In this document: in pieces, positions 41,278 to 52,330 of the stretch | Layout of the letters: every line of letters begins with the position of its first letter | Numbering within the stretch: the first letter of the stretch is position 1 | Assembly (NCBI RefSeq): GCF_006345805.1 | Contig: NC_042999.1 | Coordinates: 96,286,001 to 96,350,000 of the forward strand | DNA from: Octopus sinensis | Lineage: Eukaryota | Direction of reading: 5' to 3' | DNA: 64,000 nucleotides | Notes under the pieces: generated by a model | Database searches by the model: none | What the model was told of the DNA's origin: nothing | The model's input: the letters and a program-made list of their open reading frames with translations, nothing else | Made by a program: the position numbers and the translations under genes

Positions 41278-42099
41278 CATATATATTATATATATATATT
41301 ATATATACATACATGTTTTTTTTGTGAGCTGTCAACTGGACACCATATCTTCTTTGCTCTCTGTGTACGTTTGCTCTGTTATATATAAATATCTATATAT
41401 TTATACTTGAAAAATCACCGTCTGAAAATTCCCATAGTGCTCTGCAATTTTCACTTCCTCTAATCGCCATTTTGAATGACACCCTTATTCTATCAAAAGA
41501 GGATATGTATCTCTATTTTTCACATAATTTTCCACATTTAATCACAGACATCTTTATTTTGATGTATAATTCCATATTTTATATTTGACATTCTACACTT
41601 GACTTTATAAGTTCGATATATGTATACTAATTCATATATATAATTTATGATTTTTAATTTATAATTTTTAATTCTTAATTTTGTAAAGTTGAATTTAAAA
41701 AATTTTTAATTTTAATTTTAATGATTAATTAACGCTTAATTTTAAGGTGATGTAAAATTAGGGTAACAATATTTTGAAGAACCTGAAGATGTGTTGGTAG
41801 AATTGTAAATCTAATGATTACACACACATATATATATATACATACATACATACATACAACACCCACACCACACCACACACACACACCACACACACACACC
41901 ACACACCATATATATATATATATATATATATTACATATATATAAATTAGAAAAAACACCTTTTATCAATTCAATCATGAAAAGTTAAATTATACCATTTA
42001 GAAAAATTTTTATATTATAGAAAGATTAAATATAAGATAAAAGAGATAACAATGATTAAGTAATGTGCAAAATAGTAAATAAACGTATATTTTGGTGAA

Positions 42100-42193
42100 T
42101 AACGACCTGTTTTGTGGCTATATTTAAGAAATGATTAATAGTAATAATAATAGTAAAATCACTTCAATATAAATATAGTCACTCTTCAGGTTA
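42100..42193 (-). ncRNA. Third long-stem-II hammerhead-like motif, within a diverged homologue (41940-42230) of the 33.5-kb arm
   Basis: UAAC-CUGAAGA-GUGACUAUAU...AUAUAGCCAC-(A)AAAC-AG-GUC-GUUA; perfect stem I; the G>A in GAAA lies at a CpG. Confidence 0.6.
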
Positions 42194-42308
42194 AGATAAA
42201 GTAATTAATTAGATAAATTAATAAATATACGTAAATAATCTTGTAAAATACGAATATCTTAACAAATATATTCTTGTTTAAATATGATATGATATAATAT
42301 ATTATATA

Positions 42309-42355
<47 letters not shown>

Positions 42356-42989
42356 CAAAATATACATTAAGTGAAAACTAAATACTATAATTTAATCTCT
42401 ATACATTAAATTAAATTATTAATTAACTAATTTATTTAATAAACATTTAAATAAAATCTTATACTCATTAAGTAATTTATATTAAAAACCTTAATGTTAA
42501 GTAATATATATAATGCTATTACAAGCTATAAATATTAGAATTGATAATAGGAAATGGTTTAAATATATACAATCTTCCAATACTGAAACACGAGTAGTTC
42601 CTTCATAATGATAATTTTAACTTAAGTAGGAGATAATTAAGGAAGTATATTTTATACCCTGCTCGTGTACTGGTTTTATCCTTAAAGTATTATTTCTTGA
42701 TGTGCATACACATGCCACGAGTTTACCTTCAGATATACTCGTTATGTTATTTTTTGCATAATCTGAAATAGAATACCCACATATCTATTAATCCTCCAAA
42801 CTGAATTATTATTAATTTCTCTTATATATTTTGTACATTTCTAGATAAATATATATAAATATATTATAATCAAGACCCCACTGCACGATCTGAAGATGCA
42901 TGTAATGCTAAAGGGTTGTACCTGATTGATTTGGAAATTCATTTTCTCATATCATTCAAATTATACATATATACACAAATATATATATA

Positions 42990-43162
42990 GGCGTAGGAGT
43001 GGCTGTGTGGTAAGTAGCTTGCTTACCAACCACATGGTTCCGGGTTCAGTCCCACTGCGTAGCACCTTGGGCAAGTGTCTTCTACTATAGCCTCGGGCCA
43101 ACCAAAGCCTTGTGAGTGGATTTGGTAGACGGAAACTGAAAGAAGCCCGTCGTATATGTGTG

Positions 43163-43197
<35 letters not shown>

Positions 43198-43416
43198 TTG
43201 TGTGTCTGTGTTTGTCCCCCCCCAACATCGCTTGACAACCGATGCTGGTGTGTTTACGTCTCCGTAACTTAGCAGTTCAGCAAAAGAGACTGATAGAATA
43301 AGTACTAGGCTTACAAAGAATAAGTCCTGGGGTCGATTTACTCGACTAAAGGCGGTGCTCCATCATGGCCACGGTCAAATGACTGAAACCAGTAAAAGAG
43401 TAAAAGAGAGTAAGAG
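42990..43416 (+). mobile_element. Full-length tRNA-derived SINE (Octopus OR/OK-like; family not verified)
   Basis: A box tggctgtgtggtaag, B box ggttcagtccc, central (TA)/(TG) spacer, conserved core, short tandem tail (gtaaaaga)n. Confidence 0.9.
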
Positions 43417-43489
43417 TTTATATATAAATATAATTCAAAACTTTTATTGGCTAAACTGGCAAAATGACCATTCCGAAATATAACAATAT

Positions 43490-43628
43490 ATATATATGTA
43501 TGTATGTATGTATGCATGTATTATGTATGTATGTATGTATGTATGATGTATGTATGTATGTATGTATGTATGTATGTATGTATGTATGTATGTATGTATG
43601 TGTGTGTATGTATGTATGTATGTATTTA

Positions 43629-43685
<57 letters not shown>
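43490..43685. repeat. (TATG)n-(TA)n microsatellite
   Basis: Directly visible. Confidence 0.97.
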
Positions 43686-43691
<6 letters not shown>

Positions 43692-43859
43692 ATTAATATC
43701 AGGAAATCAATATTAGAAAATTCTTCAGAAAGATATATAACGTGTGTAAAATAATTGCTGTATTAAAAATATGAATATATATAAATATATGTAAATATGC
43801 ATAAGTATAAATATATAATGTATATGACAGTTTTAAAGTTTTGAATTAAGCTTTTAAAG

Positions 43860-44350
43860 CATCTTACGATCGTTTCGCAGCAGTGCTGTCCCTATAATAG
43901 AATCCTACATTGATAAGCATTTATAGACAACTCTTCTGCTCTTCAGAGATATAAAATTTGAATTTGTATAATATATCGAATGGTAGTTTTTTTTTTAAAT
44001 ATGAAGTAATACTATAAAATGGTGCTTGTTTGAAATATAAAATAAAAATTAAAAATTACTGCTTTTGATTTTGGTAAGTACACTTTAGTATGAGAATCTT
44101 TAAATCTATATATACTTCCTTGGTTAGTCTTCTGTAATAATCCATAATAGTTATGTGTAAAATCCATGATATCCTCTTGTATTCCAAATATAGTTCATAG
44201 ACGTAGATAATATAGAATAATGGAATCCTATATTGATAAGCATTTATAGATAACTCTTCTTCTCTTCAGTAATATGAAAGGTGAAGTTTGTATAATTTAA
44301 CGAATGGTAGTGTTTTTTAAAAATTATGAAGTAATATGGGAAAATGGTGT
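43860..44350 (-). mobile_element. PLE remnant with partial tandem pLTR
   Basis: ~43895-44030 is directly repeated at ~44215-44350. Between the copies the minus strand encodes MDYYRRLTKEVYI, like the end of PLE GIY-YIG domains (YYxRLIKEAIYI). Confidence 0.6.
43861..43950 (-). ncRNA. Apparently intact minimal type-I hammerhead ribozyme with extended stem II
   Basis: AUCU-CUGAAGA-GCAG...CUGC-GAAAC-GAUC-GUA-AGAU: perfect 4-bp stem I, intact core, G-C 10.1-11.1 pair, palindromic stem-III loop, further pairing UGUC-UAUAA/UUAUA-G-GGACA inside stem II. Confidence 0.75.
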
Positions 44351-45390
44351 TTCTCTATGCACCTACTTTGACCAGTTGTGATGAAGATAATACTATTTTT
44401 TTATATTCAGCTGAAAGCCATACTTAGGAAATTCCCCAATTCTGATAAAGTCATTCTACTGGGGGATCTCAATGCCAGGATTGGAACAGACTGGCAAACA
44501 TGGAACTCTAGGACGTTTTGGAGTTGGGAAAATGAATAGCATTGGTCTTATGCTGCGGGAACTTTGCGATGCATCCAAGGTCTAAAGTTTAGTACTTGCT
44601 GGATTATGCCATCATCTGCAAGCGTGACATCTGTGACATTTGTAATGTCAAGTCCTTTCATGGATCGGAATGCTGGACAGACCACCATCAGGTGCAAGCA
44701 AAGCTTCGGATGATGATTAGAGTGAGAGAGAAGAGGGCTAGTCGGCATTCCTCGGCGTTTGAATGTCCACAAGATATATGATGCTGTGTTGAGGAAAGAG
44801 CTTCGGACATGCTTGTCTAGCATTGAAAATACTGCAGCATGGGAAGATTTTCGAGACTAGGTTCTTCAATGTGCTGCTGAAACACTGGGATATGCTACTG
44901 CTAGACACAGAGACTGGTTTGATGAAAATGATGCTGAAGTTCAACGACTATTGGCTGTAAAGCGCAATGTCCACAATGCATTGCTATAGAGAGGACTTTC
45001 CGCTGTGCAGTGAAATCTAGCACTTGCCTACAATAGCCGTGTAAAATCACTACTGCAGCGATCTCTCAGGAAGATGCAGAACACTTGGTGGGAGGATCTT
45101 GCAAGAACGGCTGAGTGTGCTGCCCAAGCAGGTTGCGGAAGGGGTCGACACTTTTGAGGGAGCACGTATTCTGCATGAATGATTTAAGCGTGATGCTCGA
45201 AAGCACACTGCTGGTGTAGTGAATGGGGAAAGCTTAGCCTGCAATGCTTGCAGTCGTGTATGCTTATCATGAGCAGGGCTTATTAACCACCAACTGGGCC
45301 GCAAATCCAAAATATAAGTTAGTCCTACAGCGCACAATGTTCCTGAAGGTCAGCAATGGTCTTCCTCGGTCACGAGTGGACTGCCATTAT
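44345..45390 (+). mobile_element. RTE LINE with endonuclease joined to the C-terminal zinc finger and tail (RT absent)
   Basis: YAPTL, KVILLGDLNARIG, GRFGVGKMNS, MHPRSK, LLDYAII, SECWTDH, RDWFDEND, then CNACSRVC..AGLINH and gagtggactgcc(att)(ATGT)n tail. Confidence 0.8.
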
Positions 45391-45639
45391 GTATGTATGT
45401 ATGTATGTATGTATGTATGTATGTATGTATGTATGTATGTATCAATTATGTATTCATGTATTTTACTTTGAATTTAATTTAAGGTCTTGAGAGAGTTCAA
45501 GCCGATTGCTAACAAAGCAACAAAACTTTTTGAGTTAAGAGAGTTCCCGGTGTTTGTGAATATGTGGTTGAGTTGGTATGTTGGTTAAACAGTTGATGCA
45601 TATACATAAGTATGTGTATCTATTAACATAAGAATTTCA

Positions 45640-46150
45640 CATGGAGAATTTCTGGAATGTCTTACAGAACTTCACTGTGCCACCAATAGATTGGATTTGG
45701 AGAATTTGCATCTATGTTTTTTGCTCTTCTTCCAAGTGTTTCTAGGTTTTTCTGCAAATTTGTTGGTACATGATCTAATGCATCAATAATGATGAGTACA
45801 AACGAGATTTTCATAATCAGAATACAAGACCTTTAAATCCCGCCTTAATTCGCCATAAATGTTCTCTTTTTTTCTGGCCATTTGATCGTACATTCACGTC
45901 TGCTGGGCGGCTGAACTCTACAACTGTGCATGACTTCCGTTCCCTATCCCATAGAACAATATCAGGTCTGTTAGCTCCGAATTGATATTTTTATTGGTGT
46001 GTTCCACCAGTATTCCTTGTTTTTAAAGGTGTGAATATCTGCTGGTTCCGACATGCCCTTGATTTATACGCCAGGGCAGTCCTTCCTACGGATAGCATTG
46101 CAAATAGTCCTTGCAACAATATCATGCCTCGTAGACATTTTGGGGCAGAT
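45640..46150 (-). mobile_element. 3' fragment of a Dong/R4-clade LINE (restriction-like endonuclease region)
   Basis: Minus strand: RHDIVARTI, EYWWNTPI, NRPDIVLWDRE, KKENIYGEL, IIIDALDHVP, QSIGGTVKFCKTF, the RHD...PD..D...K REL signature. Confidence 0.8.
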
Positions 46151-46350
46151 GCTGATATGTATCTATGTATGTATGTATGTATGTATGTATGTATACATGA
46201 AGGTGTAAAGGTGTCACATTAGTGGGTAGTTTTTGGAGCCTACCGGGGTACCGCTACAAGATTTAATATACGAATGCGAGTGTTTATGTGTGCACTTGAT
46301 CTTTTGTTATATCTATGCACATGTAACTCATTTAAAAGAGAAACACTCGC

Positions 46351-46393
<43 letters not shown>

Positions 46394-46599
46394 ATATATA
46401 TGTGTGTGTGTGTGTGTGTGCAAGTGTATAATATGTATACACATATATACGTGTGTGTGTGCATGTGTGTATGAATATGTATGTTCATGTAATTACATTT
46501 AGACAGTTATACACGTATAATCCATAATAAAATATATGTATATATGTATGTTTCTGTCTACACACACACAAACAAATTTGTACAATATAATATATATAT

Positions 46600-46642
<43 letters not shown>

Positions 46643-46659
46643 ATATATTATATATATGC

Positions 46660-46692
<33 letters not shown>

Positions 46693-46727
46693 TATATTAT
46701 ATTATATATATATACATACATACATAC

Positions 46728-46763
<36 letters not shown>

Positions 46764-47355
46764 AGACATGCATACATATATACAATATATTTTATTAAGG
46801 ACTATACATGTATAACTGCCTAAATGCAATTACACACATGAACATACATATTCATACATTAAGAAATATACAGACTCAGACACACAAGCGTGTGTGATGA
46901 GCATGTAGTGTGCGAGGGGGAGAGGATGAGCGCACATGTGTGCGTACGTGCTTTCACATCTGTTTTAGCACATATGAGTAGGTGGTATTCTGGTAGGTAA
47001 GGCGCTCGAATATAACTGAATTTAGCCTGAATCAAGCTTAGTAAGTTCCCTTTCTGGGTGAATGAAACCGGAGAGTATATTAGTAATTCCTCGGTTTTCA
47101 AAATTACATGCCTACATATAAAGAGTATATAGCAAAACATTTACATCTACTTACACTACAATAGGTAATGTATCTAAACCATTTTCCAGTTCTTTTTTTT
47201 TTTTACAGAACAGGATTATGTTTAGTCATTGAGGAGGGATCTTGCTGTTCCTCGGTTTATTTTATCTTCGTTTCCCTTCTTGTTAAAAACAACACACATA
47301 CACGTATGTAATATATACATACATACATAATACATACATATATATATATATATAT

Positions 47356-47413
<58 letters not shown>

Positions 47414-47576
47414 GCGAGAAGAGAAAGAAAGAAGCCACAAGAATGGATAGGTTTAGTACAATCGTTTTAGTACAATCGTTTCATTCAGTATAGTTTTTTT
47501 TGGTGCATCTAAGTTAGGTACCATATTCAAGTAAATTCATTTAAATTAACTTGAATCTTTATTGCTCTTTGAATAT

Positions 47577-47668
<92 letters not shown>

Positions 47669-47762
47669 TCTGTGTACATACAAACACACACACACATGTA
47701 TGACTTGTGGTGGGTGAGGGATATTTCTATTTAGATTTTATTTTCACTAATTATGTCTGCAG

Positions 47763-47842
47763 GTATCGTTTTTCCAAAGTGAATCGCCTGAAGAGAGTTC
47801 CGTGTACAAACAGATGTCTATGACGTCCTTATTAATTAGAAA
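47763..47842 (+). CDS. Candidate exon (phase 0-2) VSFFQSESPEESSVYKQMSMTSLLIR
   Basis: Acceptor ttttattttcactaattatgtctgcag| with CTAAT branch-like motif, donor GAAA|gtaaga, one open frame. Confidence 0.3.
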
Positions 47843-47970
47843 GTAAGAAATCTACCATAGATTGTGAGGCGTTGGCTTTTTACAAGAGAACGATTCCAGA
47901 GAATCTCTCTCTCTCTCTCTCTCTCTTTCTCTTTCTCTCAGAGCATAAACGTGTACGTGTGTATACATAC

Positions 47971-48031
<61 letters not shown>

Positions 48032-49064
48032 TCGAGAGAGAGAGAGAGAGAGAGACGAAGGAGAAGTGTTTATGTTGTAAGAGTATTGCCAATTGGTTTT
48101 CAGATTGCTAGAAATGGATTTTTAAGTAACGAGAGAAACGGTTTGAAGATTGTAGACTAATATAATATGTAACAGCAACAACATTTTTTTCTTTTCTTTC
48201 CTTCATTTTTTACTTCTTATTTTGAAAAGTAAAGAAAAATCTTCTATAAAAATAACGTCATTTTTATTTTTATTTTAAACTCTTTTTTCCCTCCTTTTTG
48301 TAATATCAACATTTTGCGATTTCCAAAACACTCTGTCTAGTTTTATATATTTTGTTTTCTAATGCAAATTGTACATAAATGTGCCAACATTAGTATAGTA
48401 TATAGTATAGTAATAGAGACGGGTGCATATGAACGCATACATGTATATGTATGCAATAGATTAGTCCAAAACTTCGACATGTTGATTTTACTTTCCATCC
48501 TTCCAAAGAAGGTAAAATTAGTTTCATTCAAGTAGAGCTTGATACTCCGTTCGACTACATCATTATAGCATGGATACAGTCCAGTGATTGTTACTAGTAA
48601 AAGATACGCATGTTCATAGGTTCGCTTATGTGTACAAATATGTTTATTTCTTTCATCCTTTTTTTCTGTCTTTCACCTTTATATTTTTATATACAAGATT
48701 TTTCAAATGTTTTAATCAGTCAACGAAAGAAAAAGACAATACCCAATACGTTATTTATTAACTCATGCTTGATTTTGTCTCTTCTTTTCGTGACCCTTGC
48801 TTGCCTCTAAAGCTATCTTAAAGCAAGAATGCTTGAAGATCGTAATATTGTGAAACACAAGTCTCTAGAAAAGGAATTCAATACATTCATGTGAATTCGT
48901 GTGTGTGGGGGGGGGGGTCCGTCCGTCCTTAGTCGGGAGGGAAGGCACTGTGTTCATAATCATGATCCTTCGCAGTCTCTCTGGGGCAGATGGGAGGAAG
49001 GAAACTTTCAGCAGAGTGGACTCCGCCAAAGGCACCCAATGTGTCAGCTAGTGGTGTTACATAT

Positions 49065-49122
<58 letters not shown>

Positions 49123-49229
49123 ATAAATATGTGGGGTGTGTGTATACGATTGAGACTTTCTATGGAAAATGACGTGGTATAAACATTCGCCCTGCTTTCG
49201 CTTGTAGTTTGACTGTCCCAGCAGTAGCT

Positions 49230-49455
49230 AGACCGTCAGACATAAAATCTCGGTTCTCCCACTTTTGATGCAGTAAAACATGCAAGATGTGGCAGCTGGT
49301 AGGGAGAAGGTGTTACAACATCATTCAACTGGTATTTTATTTATCGAATTCAATAGGTGAAAGCTGGAGTTGACCTTGCTGAGACGAACTCAGTGAGCAG
49401 AGAAGCGGAGCAAATACTGCAAAGCTTATATCCAACATTCTGATGACCCTACCAA
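49230..49455 (-). mobile_element. Decayed SINE (second family)
   Basis: actggtattttatttatcga...gttgacct...gaactcag...aatactgcaaagc. Confidence 0.55.
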
Positions 49456-49578
49456 TTGATCTACACACACACAGAGTGATGGAAGCAAAAATTTTCTGCT
49501 CACGGCAGAGGTGGGACCCCTTTTCTAAATTTCACTTTCAGCCTCCGGAGCGCACCGCTAATTCATAAGACTTATCCA

Positions 49579-49581
<3 letters not shown>

Positions 49582-49671
<90 letters not shown>

Positions 49672-49702
49672 TTATATATAATATATATATATATATATAT
49701 AT
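49582..49702. repeat. (CT)n followed by (TA)n microsatellite
   Basis: Directly visible. Confidence 0.97.
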
Positions 49703-49771
49703 GTAGGTCCCGGGTTGATTCGGGGTTAACCACAGTAAATAAGGTACTCAATACATAGTAGAGTAAAATTA

Positions 49772-49909
49772 ATTTATTATATAGAAGGAGCTTCTACAGG
49801 ACTAGAACTGTTTCATTCAAGAGAAATCTTCAGGAAGCATGAGCTTCCTGAAGATTTCTCTTGAATGAAACAGTTCTAGTCCTGTAGAAGCTCCTTCTAT
49901 ATAATAAAT
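49772..49909. repeat. Perfect palindrome: 67-bp arms, 4-nt loop (ATGA); each arm carries an outward-facing CUGAAGA...GAAAC...GUC hammerhead-like string
   Basis: Arms checked base by base as exact reverse complements; HHR stems are imperfect; flanked by (TA)n. Confidence 0.95.
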
Positions 49910-49955
49910 ATATATATTATATATATATATATATTATAATATATATTATATATAT

Positions 49956-49993
<38 letters not shown>

Positions 49994-50152
49994 TATATAT
50001 ACATATATATTTACATACATATATATATATATTCAATATATACATATATATATAATACTTATATATATATACATATATATACACACACACATACATACAA
50101 TATATTATATATATATACACATATATACATACTAATATATACATACATATAT

Positions 50153-50223
<71 letters not shown>

Positions 50224-50611
50224 TTGGTAACACTGCATTATGCTTTTTTAATTCTTTTCTGGCTCAGTATTTGGATGCGGCCATACTGTAGAACCTTCAA
50301 GCTATTTTTTTACATGATAATATCAGATCATATTTTGTCTGCTTCAATATTTCATTGTTTCCGTAACATGGCAAAAATGCCAAGTAAGCACTGGAGTAAA
50401 AGGCTATAGCAACTGACCCAGATAATTCTTTCATAAAAAATACTACTGGGAATTCCAGTTCGATATATTCTTTTATTCTTTTATATGCTTCAGCCTTGAC
50501 TGCGGCCATGCTGGGGCACATCGTCAGAAGTTCGATTTGAGCCTGACGAGTCACCTATACTGCTAAACGCCATATGAACGGCCATAACTTTTAACTTCCT
50601 ATAATATATAT

Positions 50612-50654
<43 letters not shown>

Positions 50655-50697
50655 CCTTTGATTTTTGGAGAATTTCTTTGATTTAATACCATAGAAT

Positions 50698-50751
<54 letters not shown>

Positions 50752-51535
50752 CATACATATGTACATATGCATATATATATACAAATATATATATATATAT
50801 GTAAAGTATATGTGCACACATATTTAGATATACATATATAACACATGTACATACTTAAAATCACACACACACAACCAACTCAATCTTCCGTCGACCAAAT
50901 TGTCCACCTAAAGCATTTTCAGCCAAGGTTTTACATGACCAATGTAAAATAACATTTTACAACTTCCATATTTACATTTGAATTTATACCACAATTAAGC
51001 TATTTAAAATAACCAGCTCCCTAGAAAATATGTGAGAGTTCATAGATGTATTTATCTCTTAAACAAACTAAATAGATGAATGTATACTTAGTTACTCAAT
51101 TATCTATAGTAAAATCTATATAATCAATTTTCTCTGATAGTTTCTATAGAGCCACTTTGCTCACAGTACATGCATACTCAGCTTTAAGAAAGGGTCAAAA
51201 CAACTCACCAGTGCATTCTCTTTACGCTCAATTCTTTACAGTTGTGTTTGTATACTTAGCTCAAATGTTTATACTGTCCATGAACCACGAATGAAAATAA
51301 ATTTTTGTAAAAGCTTATATTCTTTTCTTTTATTTCTTTAAATTTTATTTATCTAGCATTGATGGGAATTAATTCAAATGGGGCAGCCTATTCCTGGATT
51401 GAAATAACACTTTTGTTCACGGATGGTCTTGAAAATTTGGCTTATAGTTGAACACCAACAGACAGGCTGTGTTTATATATACTGAAAATGTCACTATAAT
51501 CTTCACTATATAAACATAAGCTTTATATCAGTCGA

Positions 51536-51805
51536 ACATTTCGTCTAAATACGTATTCAAATTGCTAATAGGTTGCGGCTTTTTTCAACAGATTTTATTC
51601 AACAAAAACAATAACGATATGTAACAAAAATATCTTTAAATGATTATTCCGGAACATATTCACCATCTACTTCAAATACTGCTTCCCATTTGGTGTTTTT
51701 GTTAAATATTGTTATTGTTTTTGTTGAATAAAATTTGTTGAAAAAAAGCCGCAATAATTATGCACCAACCCAATAGCAATTTGAATACGTATTTAGACAA
51801 AATGT
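51536..51805. mobile_element. Foldback/MITE-like element with ~95-bp imperfect inverted arms
   Basis: acatttcgtctaaatacgtattcaaattgc...taacaaaaa vs tttttgtta...gcaatttgaatacgtatttagacaaaatgt; no TSD found. Confidence 0.7.
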
Positions 51806-52139
51806 GCGGGGTTAAGTTTGATTAAATTTTCAAAATATTACCACAGGATTACAAAATCAAATAAGACAAGAAAAGAAATTTATATCCATGCTGTTTGTCA
51901 GTCAAAGAAGGTTCAACTAGTTATGGCATAAAAAGAAAGTTAAATAAGATCATACAAAAGTATTACAAAATATATTAGAACATTTACCATAACTTTGGTG
52001 ATTTAGAGATGCTAACTTTGCCACTCAAATCTTAAACCCTTTGATCCCATGAGTACGGTGAGTACAAAACCATGTGACTGTCGGTTTTTGCGTCTTTCCA
52101 GAGTATAGTCAAACGAAATCGTGCTCACTAAAGCGTACT

Positions 52140-52330
52140 TGCGGGTTCAAAAAGCTTTACGATTTGAATCGTTGCAGGTTTGCGGTTGGGAAGAGGAATA
52201 AGTTGTAATGAGTTCCAGAGGAATGCAGTTGTAATAAAGGAGGATTTGTCTTTTTAACACGGAAGATAGGATGTACAACCCAATGGAGAATTACACAGAG
52301 GGAGGAAACAAGTATGCGTTGAACCAAGTA
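52140..52330 (-). mobile_element. Possible L2/Crack-type LINE 3' end
   Basis: Minus strand SSFITTAFLWNSL...TANLQRFKS resembles the terminal WNSLP...LQSFKS motif. Confidence 0.35.

Noticed and set aside
41465-41476. CGCCATTTTG (YY1-like promoter motif)
   Set aside because: A single 10-mer with no other promoter evidence
3780-50870. Dozens of ORFs rich in YI, YV, HT or CV dipeptides
   Set aside because: They are translations of (TA)n, (TG)n, (CA)n and (TATG)n tracts, open in several frames and on both strands
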